From the sequence record PQ850619.1: DNA of 43,265 nt; one strand, 5' to 3'. A program made the position numbers and the translations under genes. Source of the stretch: Escherichia phage MarieHeimVoegtlin_Bas70. A model generated the notes under the pieces. The model saw nothing but the letters and a program-made list of their open reading frames with translations, was not told the DNA's origin and made no database searches. Shown one piece after another: positions 36,593 to 43,265 of the stretch (its first letter is position 1; every line of letters begins with the position of its first letter).

Positions 36593-36621
36593 TTGCACAC
36601 CCCAACATAATAGGTTACTAT
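36593..36621 (+). promoter_or_regulatory. sigma70-like promoter (TTGCAC-N17-TACTAT) with AATAG-N4-CTATT palindrome
   Basis: Reverse-orientation copy of the 5136/14240 promoter block with two mismatches. About 35 nt upstream of the gene at 36656. Confidence 0.55.
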
Positions 36622-36655
36622 TCACTTATCGAAACGAGACATAAGGAATTTAGAA

Positions 36656-36874
36656 ATGAACAAAGCGACCGCAAGCGTAGTTTCCGCAATCAAACAAGTT
36701 TACGGCATCGATATTTCAGAGCGCGTAATTATCGGGAACAAGCGCAACTTCTTTACGTTCGACACCGACGGAATGGATGAAAATGATTTTGTTAACGTAC
36801 AACGTTTCGCTAACGGTAAAGGACTTCGTAACGAGCCAGCGGGTTACAAGAAATTTGCTATCTACTTTAAATAA
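36656..36874 (+). CDS. hypothetical early protein (72 aa)
   Basis: ATG with AAGGAA Shine-Dalgarno. First gene of the rightward small-gene cluster. Confidence 0.5.
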   Translation: MNKATASVVSAIKQVYGIDISERVIIGNKRNFFTFDTDGMDENDFVNVQRFANGKGLRNEPAGYKKFAIYFK

Positions 36875-36886
36875 GACAGAGGAGTG

Positions 36887-37078
36887 ATGGTTATGTTTAA
36901 GAAGGGTCAGTTGGTTCGGAATAAATCCACCGGCGATTTATTTACGGTAATAGAGTCGGAGTTAATGTGGTTCGGTTTTGTAGAGGTTAATAGCGTAGTT
37001 GGGTTTGGTAAAGGGTTACTCCGTAAATGTGATTTAGAACTCATCGGCAACAATTTTAAATTCAAAGGGGCGAAGTGA
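36887..37078 (+). CDS. hypothetical protein
   Basis: ATG at 36887 (or 36893) after AGAGGAG Shine-Dalgarno. Track ORF begins at GTG 36884. Confidence 0.45.
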   Translation: MVMFKKGQLVRNKSTGDLFTVIESELMWFGFVEVNSVVGFGKGLLRKCDLELIGNNFKFKGAK

Positions 37079-37296
37079 TGATTAAGCTAGAGATTAAATC
37101 GAAAGAGACAAGACAAACCGTAGCCAGTAAAGAATTCAACAGTAAATCTGAAATTGGCCCCTGGCTAAAACAGTACGCACATTTGCAGACTGTTTACATC
37201 CTTCTAACGAAAGCAAGTGGTGTAGTCACTTTACTTGAACCGGCATCTAATCATGATGCTCGTGCCGACGACTCTGAGGGAGGTTGCCGTGGATAA
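37075..37296 (+). CDS. hypothetical protein (73 aa)
   Basis: ATGA overlap with the upstream gene. ORF only. Confidence 0.4.
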   Translation: MMIKLEIKSKETRQTVASKEFNSKSEIGPWLKQYAHLQTVYILLTKASGVVTLLEPASNHDARADDSEGGCRG

Positions 37297-37338
37297 TATT
37301 TTAATTGTCAGCGCTGTTTATGTGGGGTGGAGGTTGAT

Positions 37339-37533
37339 ATGAGTCCATATAATGAATTCCGCTTACGCCGTCTTGTTGGTGGGCTGCGCGCCGCCGAGTT
37401 TGGCGTTGAATGTTGGGAAAAGGCGAAGTACACCCCATGGAAGTCGTGGAATTTGGCCCACGCTAAGGCGGTAGCGCAGTACCGGGAGTACAAGTTAAAT
37501 AGTTTCCTAAAGCACCACGGGGTAGAGCTATGA
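37339..37533 (+). CDS. hypothetical protein (64 aa)
   Basis: ATG with GGAGG Shine-Dalgarno. Track ORF begins at GTG 37327. Confidence 0.45.
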   Translation: MSPYNEFRLRRLVGGLRAAEFGVECWEKAKYTPWKSWNLAHAKAVAQYREYKLNSFLKHHGVEL

Positions 37534-37673
37534 GAGAAGCATTCGAACGATGGGCCGTAGTCGAGGGTCTGCCGGTTAACAAGGGTTCGAAGAAAGAGTA
37601 CCTGAACGTTAAGACGCGTCTTGCGTGGCGGGCGTGGAAAGCTGGTGCGCAAGCTGTGATGAATAAGGGGTGA
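37530..37673 (+). CDS. hypothetical small protein (47 aa)
   Basis: ATGA overlap with the upstream stop. Ends 3 nt before the next ATG. Hand-translated. Confidence 0.3.
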   Translation: MREAFERWAVVEGLPVNKGSKKEYLNVKTRLAWRAWKAGAQAVMNKG

Positions 37674-37676
37674 TTT

Positions 37677-37871
37677 ATGGGTAAGTGGATTAAGTGTAGT
37701 GAGCGGATGCCGGGTGACTTTGAAGATGTCCTGGTTTCGGATGGGGGTAACGTTGAGGTGATGTGGTGGGACTGCGACGGTTTCTGGGATTGTTGGGCGC
37801 CGCGCAACTCAAACATCGATATAGACGATGTGACTCACTGGATGCCGTTACCTGAGCCGCCAGAAGTGTGA
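37677..37871 (+). CDS. hypothetical protein, DUF551-like (W/C-rich, C-terminal WMPLPEPP)
   Basis: 64 aa. The C-terminal W.PLPEPP motif is characteristic of a widespread small phage protein family. Confidence 0.45.
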   Translation: MGKWIKCSERMPGDFEDVLVSDGGNVEVMWWDCDGFWDCWAPRNSNIDIDDVTHWMPLPEPPEV

Positions 37872-38014
37872 TGTTATATTGTAACAATAGTTTGGGATTT
37901 TACTGAGTGACTTACGCTGCTACACAGCAGCGTACAACTTTAGATTAGTGTCGTCAAAAAGCGACACTTTCACCAAACGCAACAATCGAAGTGACTATTG
38001 CAGGAGACGCAACA

Positions 38015-38182
38015 ATGATTACTAAAGAACAAGCGCAATCATTATATGATGCGATTATCGCAGTTGCAGAGGCACACGCGGACTACGCAACAGCGGATTA
38101 CTATAGTGTTGACGACGCTGGGGGTAGGAAACGCGAGGCCGAGACAAATTTATGGGATGTGTTGCAGAGGATGACCTCGTAA
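38015..38182 (+). CDS. hypothetical protein (55 aa)
   Basis: ATG with AGGAG Shine-Dalgarno. Track ORF begins at GTG 37991. Confidence 0.4.
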   Translation: MITKEQAQSLYDAIIAVAEAHADYATADYYSVDDAGGRKREAETNLWDVLQRMTS

Positions 38183-38222
38183 CCTGTCCCGTGGTGACAA
38201 TACAAACACCAATAAAATTTAC

Positions 38223-38251
38223 TTGCGCACTTATATAGAATAGGATACTAT
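38223..38251 (+). promoter_or_regulatory. sigma70-like promoter (TTGCGC-N17-TACTAT) with AATAG-N4-CTATT palindrome
   Basis: TTGCGC, 17-nt spacer, TACTAT. Palindrome AATAGGATACTATT at 38239-38252. Confidence 0.5.
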
Positions 38252-38262
38252 TCATTTACACG

Positions 38263-38286
38263 AACGAGAGGAGAGACAGAAGATGG
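38263..38286 (+). repeat. 24-bp perfect direct repeat spanning Shine-Dalgarno and start codon (copy 1)
   Basis: AACGAGAGGAGAGACAGAAGATGG is identical to 38694-38717. Confidence 0.8.
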
Positions 38287-38432
38287 TTACTTTGATGGTT
38301 ATGGAATTCAAAAACAGCGCAGCAACTTATCGCGAGATGACTATGGCGCAGGCGTACCACCTGGCCTCAAACGGCAACTTCTACAAGGCGCAAATCATCA
38401 ACGAGTTCGGGGTAATTGACTATGAATTTTAG
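38283..38432 (+). CDS. hypothetical small protein (49 aa)
   Basis: ATG inside repeat copy 1 with GAGAGGAGAGA Shine-Dalgarno. Hand-translated as MVTLMVMEFKNSAATYREMTMAQAYHLASNGNFYKAQIINEFGVIDYEF. Confidence 0.35.
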   Translation: MVTLMVMEFKNSAATYREMTMAQAYHLASNGNFYKAQIINEFGVIDYEF

Positions 38433-38694
38433 CAGCTACACCGTGAATGTTGATTTTGAGGGGCTGGAGTTGCCCCTCCCTAACAACTACCGGTATATAA
38501 CTCGTGACCGTTTCGGTTTTATTCAGGGGTGGAGGAACAAACCGACAGACACTGAGTTTGGTATGACAGGTGGGGAAGAGCTGCCGATTACTTTCGGGCA
38601 TCAGAGTAGTAACGAAGAGCTTAAAACTGTGATTCGTAAGTATCGCCGCCGTGGTAATACCGGGCTTATAGCGATAACCGGCGCTGTTGAGTAA
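38422..38694 (+). CDS. hypothetical protein (90 aa)
   Basis: ATG at 38422 (track ORF starts at TTG 38416). Overlaps the end of the preceding small ORF. Confidence 0.4.
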   Translation: MNFSSYTVNVDFEGLELPLPNNYRYITRDRFGFIQGWRNKPTDTEFGMTGGEELPITFGHQSSNEELKTVIRKYRRRGNTGLIAITGAVE

Positions 38695-38717
38695 ACGAGA
38701 GGAGAGACAGAAGATGG
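38694..38717 (+). repeat. 24-bp perfect direct repeat spanning Shine-Dalgarno and start codon (copy 2)
   Basis: Identical to 38263-38286. Supplies the ribosome-binding site and ATG of the 38714 gene. Confidence 0.8.
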
Positions 38718-39229
38718 GTAACAAAAACGAAGTATTCGAGTACCTGATTGGCCAACTACGGCAGCAGCTACCAGTCATAGATGTAATGGGCGAAATCAAA
38801 CTGTGGAGCATAGACCGTAGTATTGCTGGTCGCGGTAACTATACCGACGAGGAAAACGCCATAATCGACGCTTACATCGGCCTGGAGCACAACCCGCACA
38901 AGCAACAGTGCGAAGACCTGGCGCATGAGGTGCAGTCACTTAAAAACCAGTTACGTGATGCTTCGTCGCAGATTAAGGATTTGCATCTGGCGCTGGTTCG
39001 GGCTACGGGTGACGCGGAAGCGTACAAACTTATCCGCAAACAGGAGCAATCTGGTTGCTGTAAAGAAGATACTCAGGAATGCCGCCATAACTGGCGATTC
39101 GTTAACGGAAAGGCTCCCGCCGTATGTATTAATTGCGGCGTGACCAAAACTGAGGAGTGTGGACACGTGTGGGAATATTATTACCCAAACGGCCGGCGTT
39201 GTACCAAATGCGGGGCGATAAACTTATGA
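38714..39229 (+). CDS. hypothetical protein with C-terminal zinc-ribbon-like Cys cluster
   Basis: 171 aa from ATG 38714. C-terminal CINCG...CTKCG. Confidence 0.5.
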   Translation: MGNKNEVFEYLIGQLRQQLPVIDVMGEIKLWSIDRSIAGRGNYTDEENAIIDAYIGLEHNPHKQQCEDLAHEVQSLKNQLRDASSQIKDLHLALVRATGDAEAYKLIRKQEQSGCCKEDTQECRHNWRFVNGKAPAVCINCGVTKTEECGHVWEYYYPNGRRCTKCGAINL

Positions 39230-39429
39230 CCAGCATCTTATTTATCTGGGTATTATCTGCAGGCCAGATGCAACTAGCGGCATCGGAAACGTTTTACTCG
39301 ATGGAGGCGTGCCAGTCAGCGGCACGCGCCGCTGAGAACGCGCACTTTCTGTTTCAGGGTGACAAGCCCAACGATTCAGAGGTACGCGCTATCTGCTCAC
39401 CTAAGCGACTTGGAAAACAGGAGAAATAA
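39226..39429 (+). CDS. hypothetical small protein with hydrophobic N-terminus
   Basis: ATGA overlap with the upstream stop. N-terminus MTSILFIWVLSAGQMQLAASE looks like a signal peptide or membrane anchor. Confidence 0.4.
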   Translation: MTSILFIWVLSAGQMQLAASETFYSMEACQSAARAAENAHFLFQGDKPNDSEVRAICSPKRLGKQEK

Positions 39430-39430
39430 C

Positions 39431-39634
39431 ATGGTACAGAGATATTCTAAGTATGGGTCCGACAACCATTTCATTGACCGCCACGGGAAGTGGGTTAAGT
39501 TTGAGGACTACCAGAATCTTGACCTAAAGCTGTTGGAAGTTGAAGCTGAGTTACAGAAATACAAAGACCAGTACCCTGATTACGTCGAGTGCGCGAACTG
39601 TGGGTCAGTTACACATGTGGAAGGGGTGGAGTGA
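39431..39634 (+). CDS. hypothetical protein (67 aa), tandem paralog A
   Basis: ATG with AGGAG Shine-Dalgarno. Shares a WV.FEDY...L...L pattern with the next gene. Confidence 0.45.
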   Translation: MVQRYSKYGSDNHFIDRHGKWVKFEDYQNLDLKLLEVEAELQKYKDQYPDYVECANCGSVTHVEGVE

Positions 39635-39813
39635 TGGTGCATAGATACGAAAACGACCACGGCGATATGTTTCAGGCCGCGGAAGGGCGCTGGGTCCTAT
39701 ACGAAGACTACGCGGAGCTGGCGCGTAAACTGCGCGAGCTTGCTAAGCAGGTAGTAAACAGTCCGTGCGACTGGAAGACGGATGAATTAGCGCGCGAGAT
39801 TCTGGACCTATGA
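39634..39813 (+). CDS. hypothetical protein (59 aa), tandem paralog B
   Basis: ATG overlapping the upstream TGA. Pattern WVLYEDYAELARKLRELAK parallels the upstream protein. Confidence 0.45.
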   Translation: MVHRYENDHGDMFQAAEGRWVLYEDYAELARKLRELAKQVVNSPCDWKTDELAREILDL

Positions 39814-40103
39814 GCCTTGCAACTGACATCCTGAAACGGAGCGGCCTTGCGCCGCTGTCGCCGAGAGCGAACACACGAATATACAAGCGCCGCCGTAATG
39901 CGCTGTACCCTGAGATTCAGGCCAGACGCAAAGCAGTCCGCGCCTGCGGATTCCAGAACGGGAAGGCTGTGAATCTCGGTGAGTTTAAAACAAAGGAACG
40001 TGCGGCTATCGCTAATCGGTTATTTAATTACTGGAAATCGCTGGGTTATGAAGATATTCCGACGAAACCACAGAGACGACAATACATCTGGCGTCATAAA
40101 TAA
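39810..40103 (+). CDS. hypothetical basic protein (97 aa)
   Basis: ATGA overlap with the upstream gene. R/K-rich. Confidence 0.45.
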   Translation: MSLATDILKRSGLAPLSPRANTRIYKRRRNALYPEIQARRKAVRACGFQNGKAVNLGEFKTKERAAIANRLFNYWKSLGYEDIPTKPQRRQYIWRHK

Positions 40104-40133
40104 ACCGTTATTAAGATAATTCCTAACCGTGCT

Positions 40134-40173
40134 ATCCTCCAGTTACTGCATACTTAATACGCACCTGGAGGAT
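40134..40173 (+). promoter_or_regulatory. hairpin that sequesters the holin Shine-Dalgarno
   Basis: Perfect 9-bp inverted repeat ATCCTCCAG (40134-40142) and CTGGAGGAT (40165-40173). The right arm contains the GGAGG ribosome-binding site of the gene starting at 40179. Confidence 0.4.
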
Positions 40174-40178
40174 TCATC

Positions 40179-40487
40179 TTGGATAAATTTACTGAAACAG
40201 TGACAGGCTGGCTTCTCGCTGCCGCACTAGCCGGAGGGGTAATCGGACTAAGGCAACATAAGTCCGCTATTTCCGGCCCTATCGACGGCTTCTGCTTTAT
40301 TGCAACTGGCTTCACTTGCGCCGTATTTGGCGCACCTCTCGCAGCTCAATGGTTTGGAATCACGGGCGACCGTGAAATCGCAGGCCTGGGCTTCATTATC
40401 GCTATGCTCTGGACGCCTATCTATTCCCGTCTGTCCGGTATCGTCGCCGGAGAATACATCGCACGTCGAGGAGGCCCGGATGAATGA
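40179..40487 (+). CDS. putative holin (three hydrophobic segments)
   Basis: 102 aa. TTG start 8 nt after GGAGG. Hydrophobic segments TGWLLAAALAGGVIGL, FCFIATGFTCAVFGAPLAA, AGLGFIIAMLW. Two genes upstream of the endolysin. Confidence 0.5.
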   Translation: MDKFTETVTGWLLAAALAGGVIGLRQHKSAISGPIDGFCFIATGFTCAVFGAPLAAQWFGITGDREIAGLGFIIAMLWTPIYSRLSGIVAGEYIARRGGPDE

Positions 40488-40752
40488 GTTATTCTGGTTC
40501 TGCGGTATGCTGGCAATCGGAGGCACATCGCTGTTTAATGTGTATCATCCCAGCGTTGACGACGGGCTATTTGGCCGGGTGCTCTATATCCTGACTGCTA
40601 TTGTCTGCGCCGCAGGATGTATCCACCTGTTACAGGGCAGCATGTCTCCGACGCTGCCTGAGACATTAATCACATTAGTTGCGCTGCGCCAGATTCGTCA
40701 GGCGTGGCTGTCATACGGAGGACATAAGCGTGTCTCGAAATATTTCAGATAA
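40480..40752 (+). CDS. small membrane protein (second holin-like or antiholin candidate)
   Basis: ATG at 40480 with AGGAGG Shine-Dalgarno (track ORF starts further upstream at 40300). Two hydrophobic segments. Overlaps the holin stop and the endolysin start. Confidence 0.4.
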   Translation: MNELFWFCGMLAIGGTSLFNVYHPSVDDGLFGRVLYILTAIVCAAGCIHLLQGSMSPTLPETLITLVALRQIRQAWLSYGGHKRVSKYFR

Positions 40753-41218
40753 TGGATTGCATTTCACCGCTGCGTTCGAGGGATTCCGCGGAACTGCATA
40801 CCGCGCTACGCCGAACGAGAAGTACCTGACTATCGGGTACGGGCACTATGGGCCGGACGTAACCCCGGGTAAGACCATCACACCGGGGCAAGGCCTCCTG
40901 TTACTGAATCGCGATATGGCTAAGGCCGTAGCTGCGGTTGATGTGGCGGCACACCATTCGCTGACACAGGCACAGTTCGACGCTGTGTGCGACCTGGTCT
41001 ATAACGCCGGTGCTGGTGTGATTGCAGCTGCTACCGGCACAGGAAAGGCGCTGCGTTCTGGTGACATCGCGACACTGCGGGCTAAACTGGCGCTGTTTAT
41101 CAACCAGAACGGCAAACCGTTACTTGGTCTGCGCCGCCGTACTGCCGGGCGTCTTGCACTGTTTGACGGCAAGCCGTGGCAGGAGGCGGGGGCCATTGGG
41201 CGCGCGGTGAAAGGTTGA
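40729..41218 (+). CDS. endolysin, glycoside hydrolase family 24 lysozyme
   Basis: GTG start at 40729 (track ORF begins 40679). Motifs NGLHFTAAFEGFRGTAYRATPNEKYLTIGYGH, TQAQFDAVCDLVYNAG and C-terminal LLGLRRRTAGRLALF match the phage lysozyme pattern. Confidence 0.75.
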
Positions 41219-41282
41219 CACCTGAGACTAATCCGACGATACTTAAATCACCCCCTGTTCCATACCTCTGCTCTCCAGTTTT

Positions 41283-41315
41283 ATCCCGGCCCTGACCCAG
41301 CCGGGATTTTTTTTA
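41283..41315 (+). terminator. intrinsic terminator
   Basis: atcccggc-cctgaccca-gccgggat hairpin followed by TTTTTTTT, after the endolysin gene. Confidence 0.7.
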
Positions 41316-41336
41316 TCTATTTTCTGCAATGACTAG

Positions 41337-41365
41337 TTGACTATTACCTACGACCCTATTATATT
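41337..41365 (+). promoter_or_regulatory. sigma70-like promoter (TTGACT-N17-TATATT)
   Basis: TTGACT at 41337-41342, 17-nt spacer, TATATT at 41360-41365. About 35 nt upstream of the gene at 41399. Confidence 0.5.
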
Positions 41366-41398
41366 TACTCCATCGACAACGAGAACGGAGTAGAGAAG

Positions 41399-41647
41399 AT
41401 GAGTAACGTACAGACAATCGCAATAACCGAGGAACTTGAAGCCAAATGTATCGCATGGACTATGGGTAATGACCAGGTTGCTATGCGTAAATTTCCAATG
41501 AAAATCACAGACATCGAAGCATTCAAAGATGCACAACTGATGGCACGTATTGCCGTTGGCAACCTGAGCAACAATATCCCGGCGGACGCGTTCTGGGCTG
41601 CGGCGATGCAGACACTTAAAGCAGCTTATGCAGGAGAGAAGAAATGA
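41399..41647 (+). CDS. hypothetical protein (82 aa)
   Basis: ATG with GGAG Shine-Dalgarno, downstream of the promoter. Confidence 0.45.
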   Translation: MSNVQTIAITEELEAKCIAWTMGNDQVAMRKFPMKITDIEAFKDAQLMARIAVGNLSNNIPADAFWAAAMQTLKAAYAGEKK

Positions 41648-41796
41648 CAGTCTATGTCGTAGAAGGGCGTAACGAATATGAAGACCCCGAAGTATTGGGT
41701 GTGTTCGGCGCCGAGGAATCGGCGAAGCACTTTGTTGACATGGAACAGGGCACTTACGACTTTTTCTCAGTTACAGAATGGGAGGTACAACAATGA
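41644..41796 (+). CDS. hypothetical small protein (50 aa)
   Basis: ATGA overlap with the upstream gene. Hand-translated. Confidence 0.3.
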   Translation: MTVYVVEGRNEYEDPEVLGVFGAEESAKHFVDMEQGTYDFFSVTEWEVQQ

Positions 41797-41951
41797 GTGA
41801 ACAAGGACCAGTAAGCCAACCATTACGGGTAGGCCGTAAAGTCAGTAACACCCCGTTCCCGTCACGCGAGGAACTGATGAAACGCAACAGTTTCCCCGGG
41901 CCGGACAAGAACAAGTATCTTAATCGCATGTGGGGAGAGCGTAAAGAATGA
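41793..41951 (+). CDS. hypothetical small protein (52 aa)
   Basis: ATG with GGAGG Shine-Dalgarno, overlapping the upstream stop. Hand-translated. Confidence 0.3.
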   Translation: MSEQGPVSQPLRVGRKVSNTPFPSREELMKRNSFPGPDKNKYLNRMWGERKE

Positions 41952-42133
41952 CTGACCGCGAATATGAAAAGATGATGGTTGAGGCCGTTAACAGCGGCGT
42001 AGACATCGGACACGTGATGCGCGTCCTGAATACTAAAATCGCGGTAGCCGAGCAAATGGTGGAGTCGCTTTATGAGACGCGCCGCGAACTGATTAACCGC
42101 TTCAACCTGAACAAAGGTGACACCAATGCCTAA
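41948..42133 (+). CDS. hypothetical protein (61 aa)
   Basis: ATGA overlap. ORF only. Confidence 0.4.
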   Translation: MTDREYEKMMVEAVNSGVDIGHVMRVLNTKIAVAEQMVESLYETRRELINRFNLNKGDTNA

Positions 42134-42425
42134 AATCACAATTGCATCGCTCGAGCGCCGTATTATGGTGCTTGAGTCGGAGAAACAGACGTTAGGCGGG
42201 CAACTGTCAATTAACGGTGAGTTTCAACTGGAGGCGTATAAAGAACTTCTAGAGGCGTTTAAAGAGCTACAAGCCATCGCGTCTGACATAGAAAATATGA
42301 TTGGATTGTTGCAATCCGGGGAGTGGGCCGAACACTGCACTAAATCGGCGTTAGGAAAACGGCTTGAGACGGAGATTACTGACATGCTGAGTTGTCTTGT
42401 TGAGGCGCCAGATGAGCACGCCTGA
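42126..42425 (+). CDS. hypothetical coiled-coil protein
   Basis: ATG at 42126 with AAAGGTGA Shine-Dalgarno (track starts at GTG 42117). Heptad-like sequence. Confidence 0.4.
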   Translation: MPKITIASLERRIMVLESEKQTLGGQLSINGEFQLEAYKELLEAFKELQAIASDIENMIGLLQSGEWAEHCTKSALGKRLETEITDMLSCLVEAPDEHA

Positions 42426-42594
42426 GCCGGTAGTTATCGATGGCGTCCTGTGGAAACCTTACTCGGTTAACCACATCGACGCCGATGGGAAGAAGTTCAG
42501 TTTCTACATTTTTGCGATTAGCCGTGAGCACGCTGCGTGTGTAGTAGACGATATACGAGAAACGGCGTGGCTTGGCGATGAGATAGTGGGGTGA
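42412..42594 (+). CDS. hypothetical protein (60 aa)
   Basis: ATG at 42412 with GAGG Shine-Dalgarno (track starts at TTG 42397). Overlaps the upstream stop. Confidence 0.35.
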   Translation: MSTPEPVVIDGVLWKPYSVNHIDADGKKFSFYIFAISREHAACVVDDIRETAWLGDEIVG

Positions 42595-42681
42595 GAGCAT
42601 GAGTCTTGAGGTTGTTATAAGTCTGGTTGGTCTTAGTTACTTCATTGGGCTATTGGTCGGTTTTCTGTGGGGTAGATACTA

Positions 42682-42852
42682 GTGTTCAGCGACATCAACG
42701 CAGCAATCGAAGAAGCAATCTGGCGCCGTTACAACGGCGAGCAACAGCGTCACTTCTGCCTGGTGCAACGTGGTAACATGGTCGCCGTGGTGCAGGACCG
42801 CGATAACAAATATCCGAATGCGATGTGGACAACGAGGAATTTCTTAGGATGA
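42682..42852 (+). CDS. hypothetical small protein (56 aa, GTG start)
   Basis: Protein-like hand translation. ATGA overlap with the following gene. Confidence 0.25.
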   Translation: MFSDINAAIEEAIWRRYNGEQQRHFCLVQRGNMVAVVQDRDNKYPNAMWTTRNFLG

Positions 42853-43085
42853 TTACCAGCATTCCTAACCTGATTAAAGAATATGGCACGATGGCCGAGA
42901 CATGCCGACAAACCGGCATCAACGAAATGACTATTGCTAAGTACAGCAAAGACGTGAAATGCGAGCGCCATGTAATTTATAATAACCGCCTTATGACGCA
43001 CGTTAAGACAAGCCCGGTGTTATTCACGCGCCGTGGTATCACTAAAACAGAGCAACGCATTGCGCGAGAGGAGAGCGGGGAATGA
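42849..43085 (+). CDS. hypothetical protein with HTH-like segment
   Basis: ATG at 42849 (track ORF starts 42825). Segment CRQTGINEMTIAKYSKD resembles a helix-turn-helix. Confidence 0.4.
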   Translation: MITSIPNLIKEYGTMAETCRQTGINEMTIAKYSKDVKCERHVIYNNRLMTHVKTSPVLFTRRGITKTEQRIAREESGE

Positions 43086-43187
43086 GACTACTAGTCTTTC
43101 CGAATTCCTGGGCTATCGCCGTAGCTAACGACCATTACGGCGGCGACGGTAAACGAGCGCCACGCCACGGCCTATATAACTGATACA

Positions 43188-43210
43188 AGCCCTCTACGGA
43201 GGGCTTTTCT
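43188..43210 (+). terminator. intrinsic terminator
   Basis: agccctc-tacg-gagggct hairpin followed by TTTTCT. Confidence 0.55.
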
Positions 43211-43265
43211 GTACATCCCGCCCAATCCCCTTATATAATCCCTTTAGACGCGTAGGGCGCGTCTG

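Noticed and set aside
42599-42682. 27-codon hydrophobic ORF
   Set aside because: Too short to support from sequence alone.
1-43265. Lysogeny module (integrase, CI-type repressor, attachment site), tRNA genes, CRISPR array
   Set aside because: No integrase- or recombinase-like ORF, no tRNA-like cloverleaf region, and no regularly spaced repeat array was seen. The small XRE-type HTH protein alone does not establish a temperate lifestyle.

Overview
This 43.3 kb window reads as a complete or near-complete genome of a tailed dsDNA phage with a long non-contractile (siphovirus-type) tail, infecting a Gram-negative host. All calls are from reading the sequence and the ORF track by eye; no database search or folding was run, so functions rest on motifs and gene order. 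Layout: (1) + strand, 1-24.2 kb: packaging, head and tail genes (terminases, portal, capsid, tape measure, lambda-like tail tip, beta-helix tailspike). (2) - strand, 24.3-36.2 kb: replication and DNA modification (SNF2-like helicase, C5 cytosine methyltransferase, family A DNA polymerase, nucleases, primase-helicase). (3) + strand, 36.6-43.1 kb: many small early-type genes plus holin and GH24 endolysin. The spanin pair sits apart at 5.5-6.0 kb. No integrase, tRNA, rRNA or CRISPR array was seen. Most notable: a reverse-oriented three-gene cassette inside the tail module (HTH-metallophosphoesterase, 76-aa protein, small secreted protein); a palindrome AATAG-N4-CTATT embedded in at least eight promoters; a 32-bp identical promoter driving two antisense morons; an apparent -1 frameshift in a gene after the capsid gene; and a promoter-to-terminator noncoding unit at 36.3-36.5 kb.
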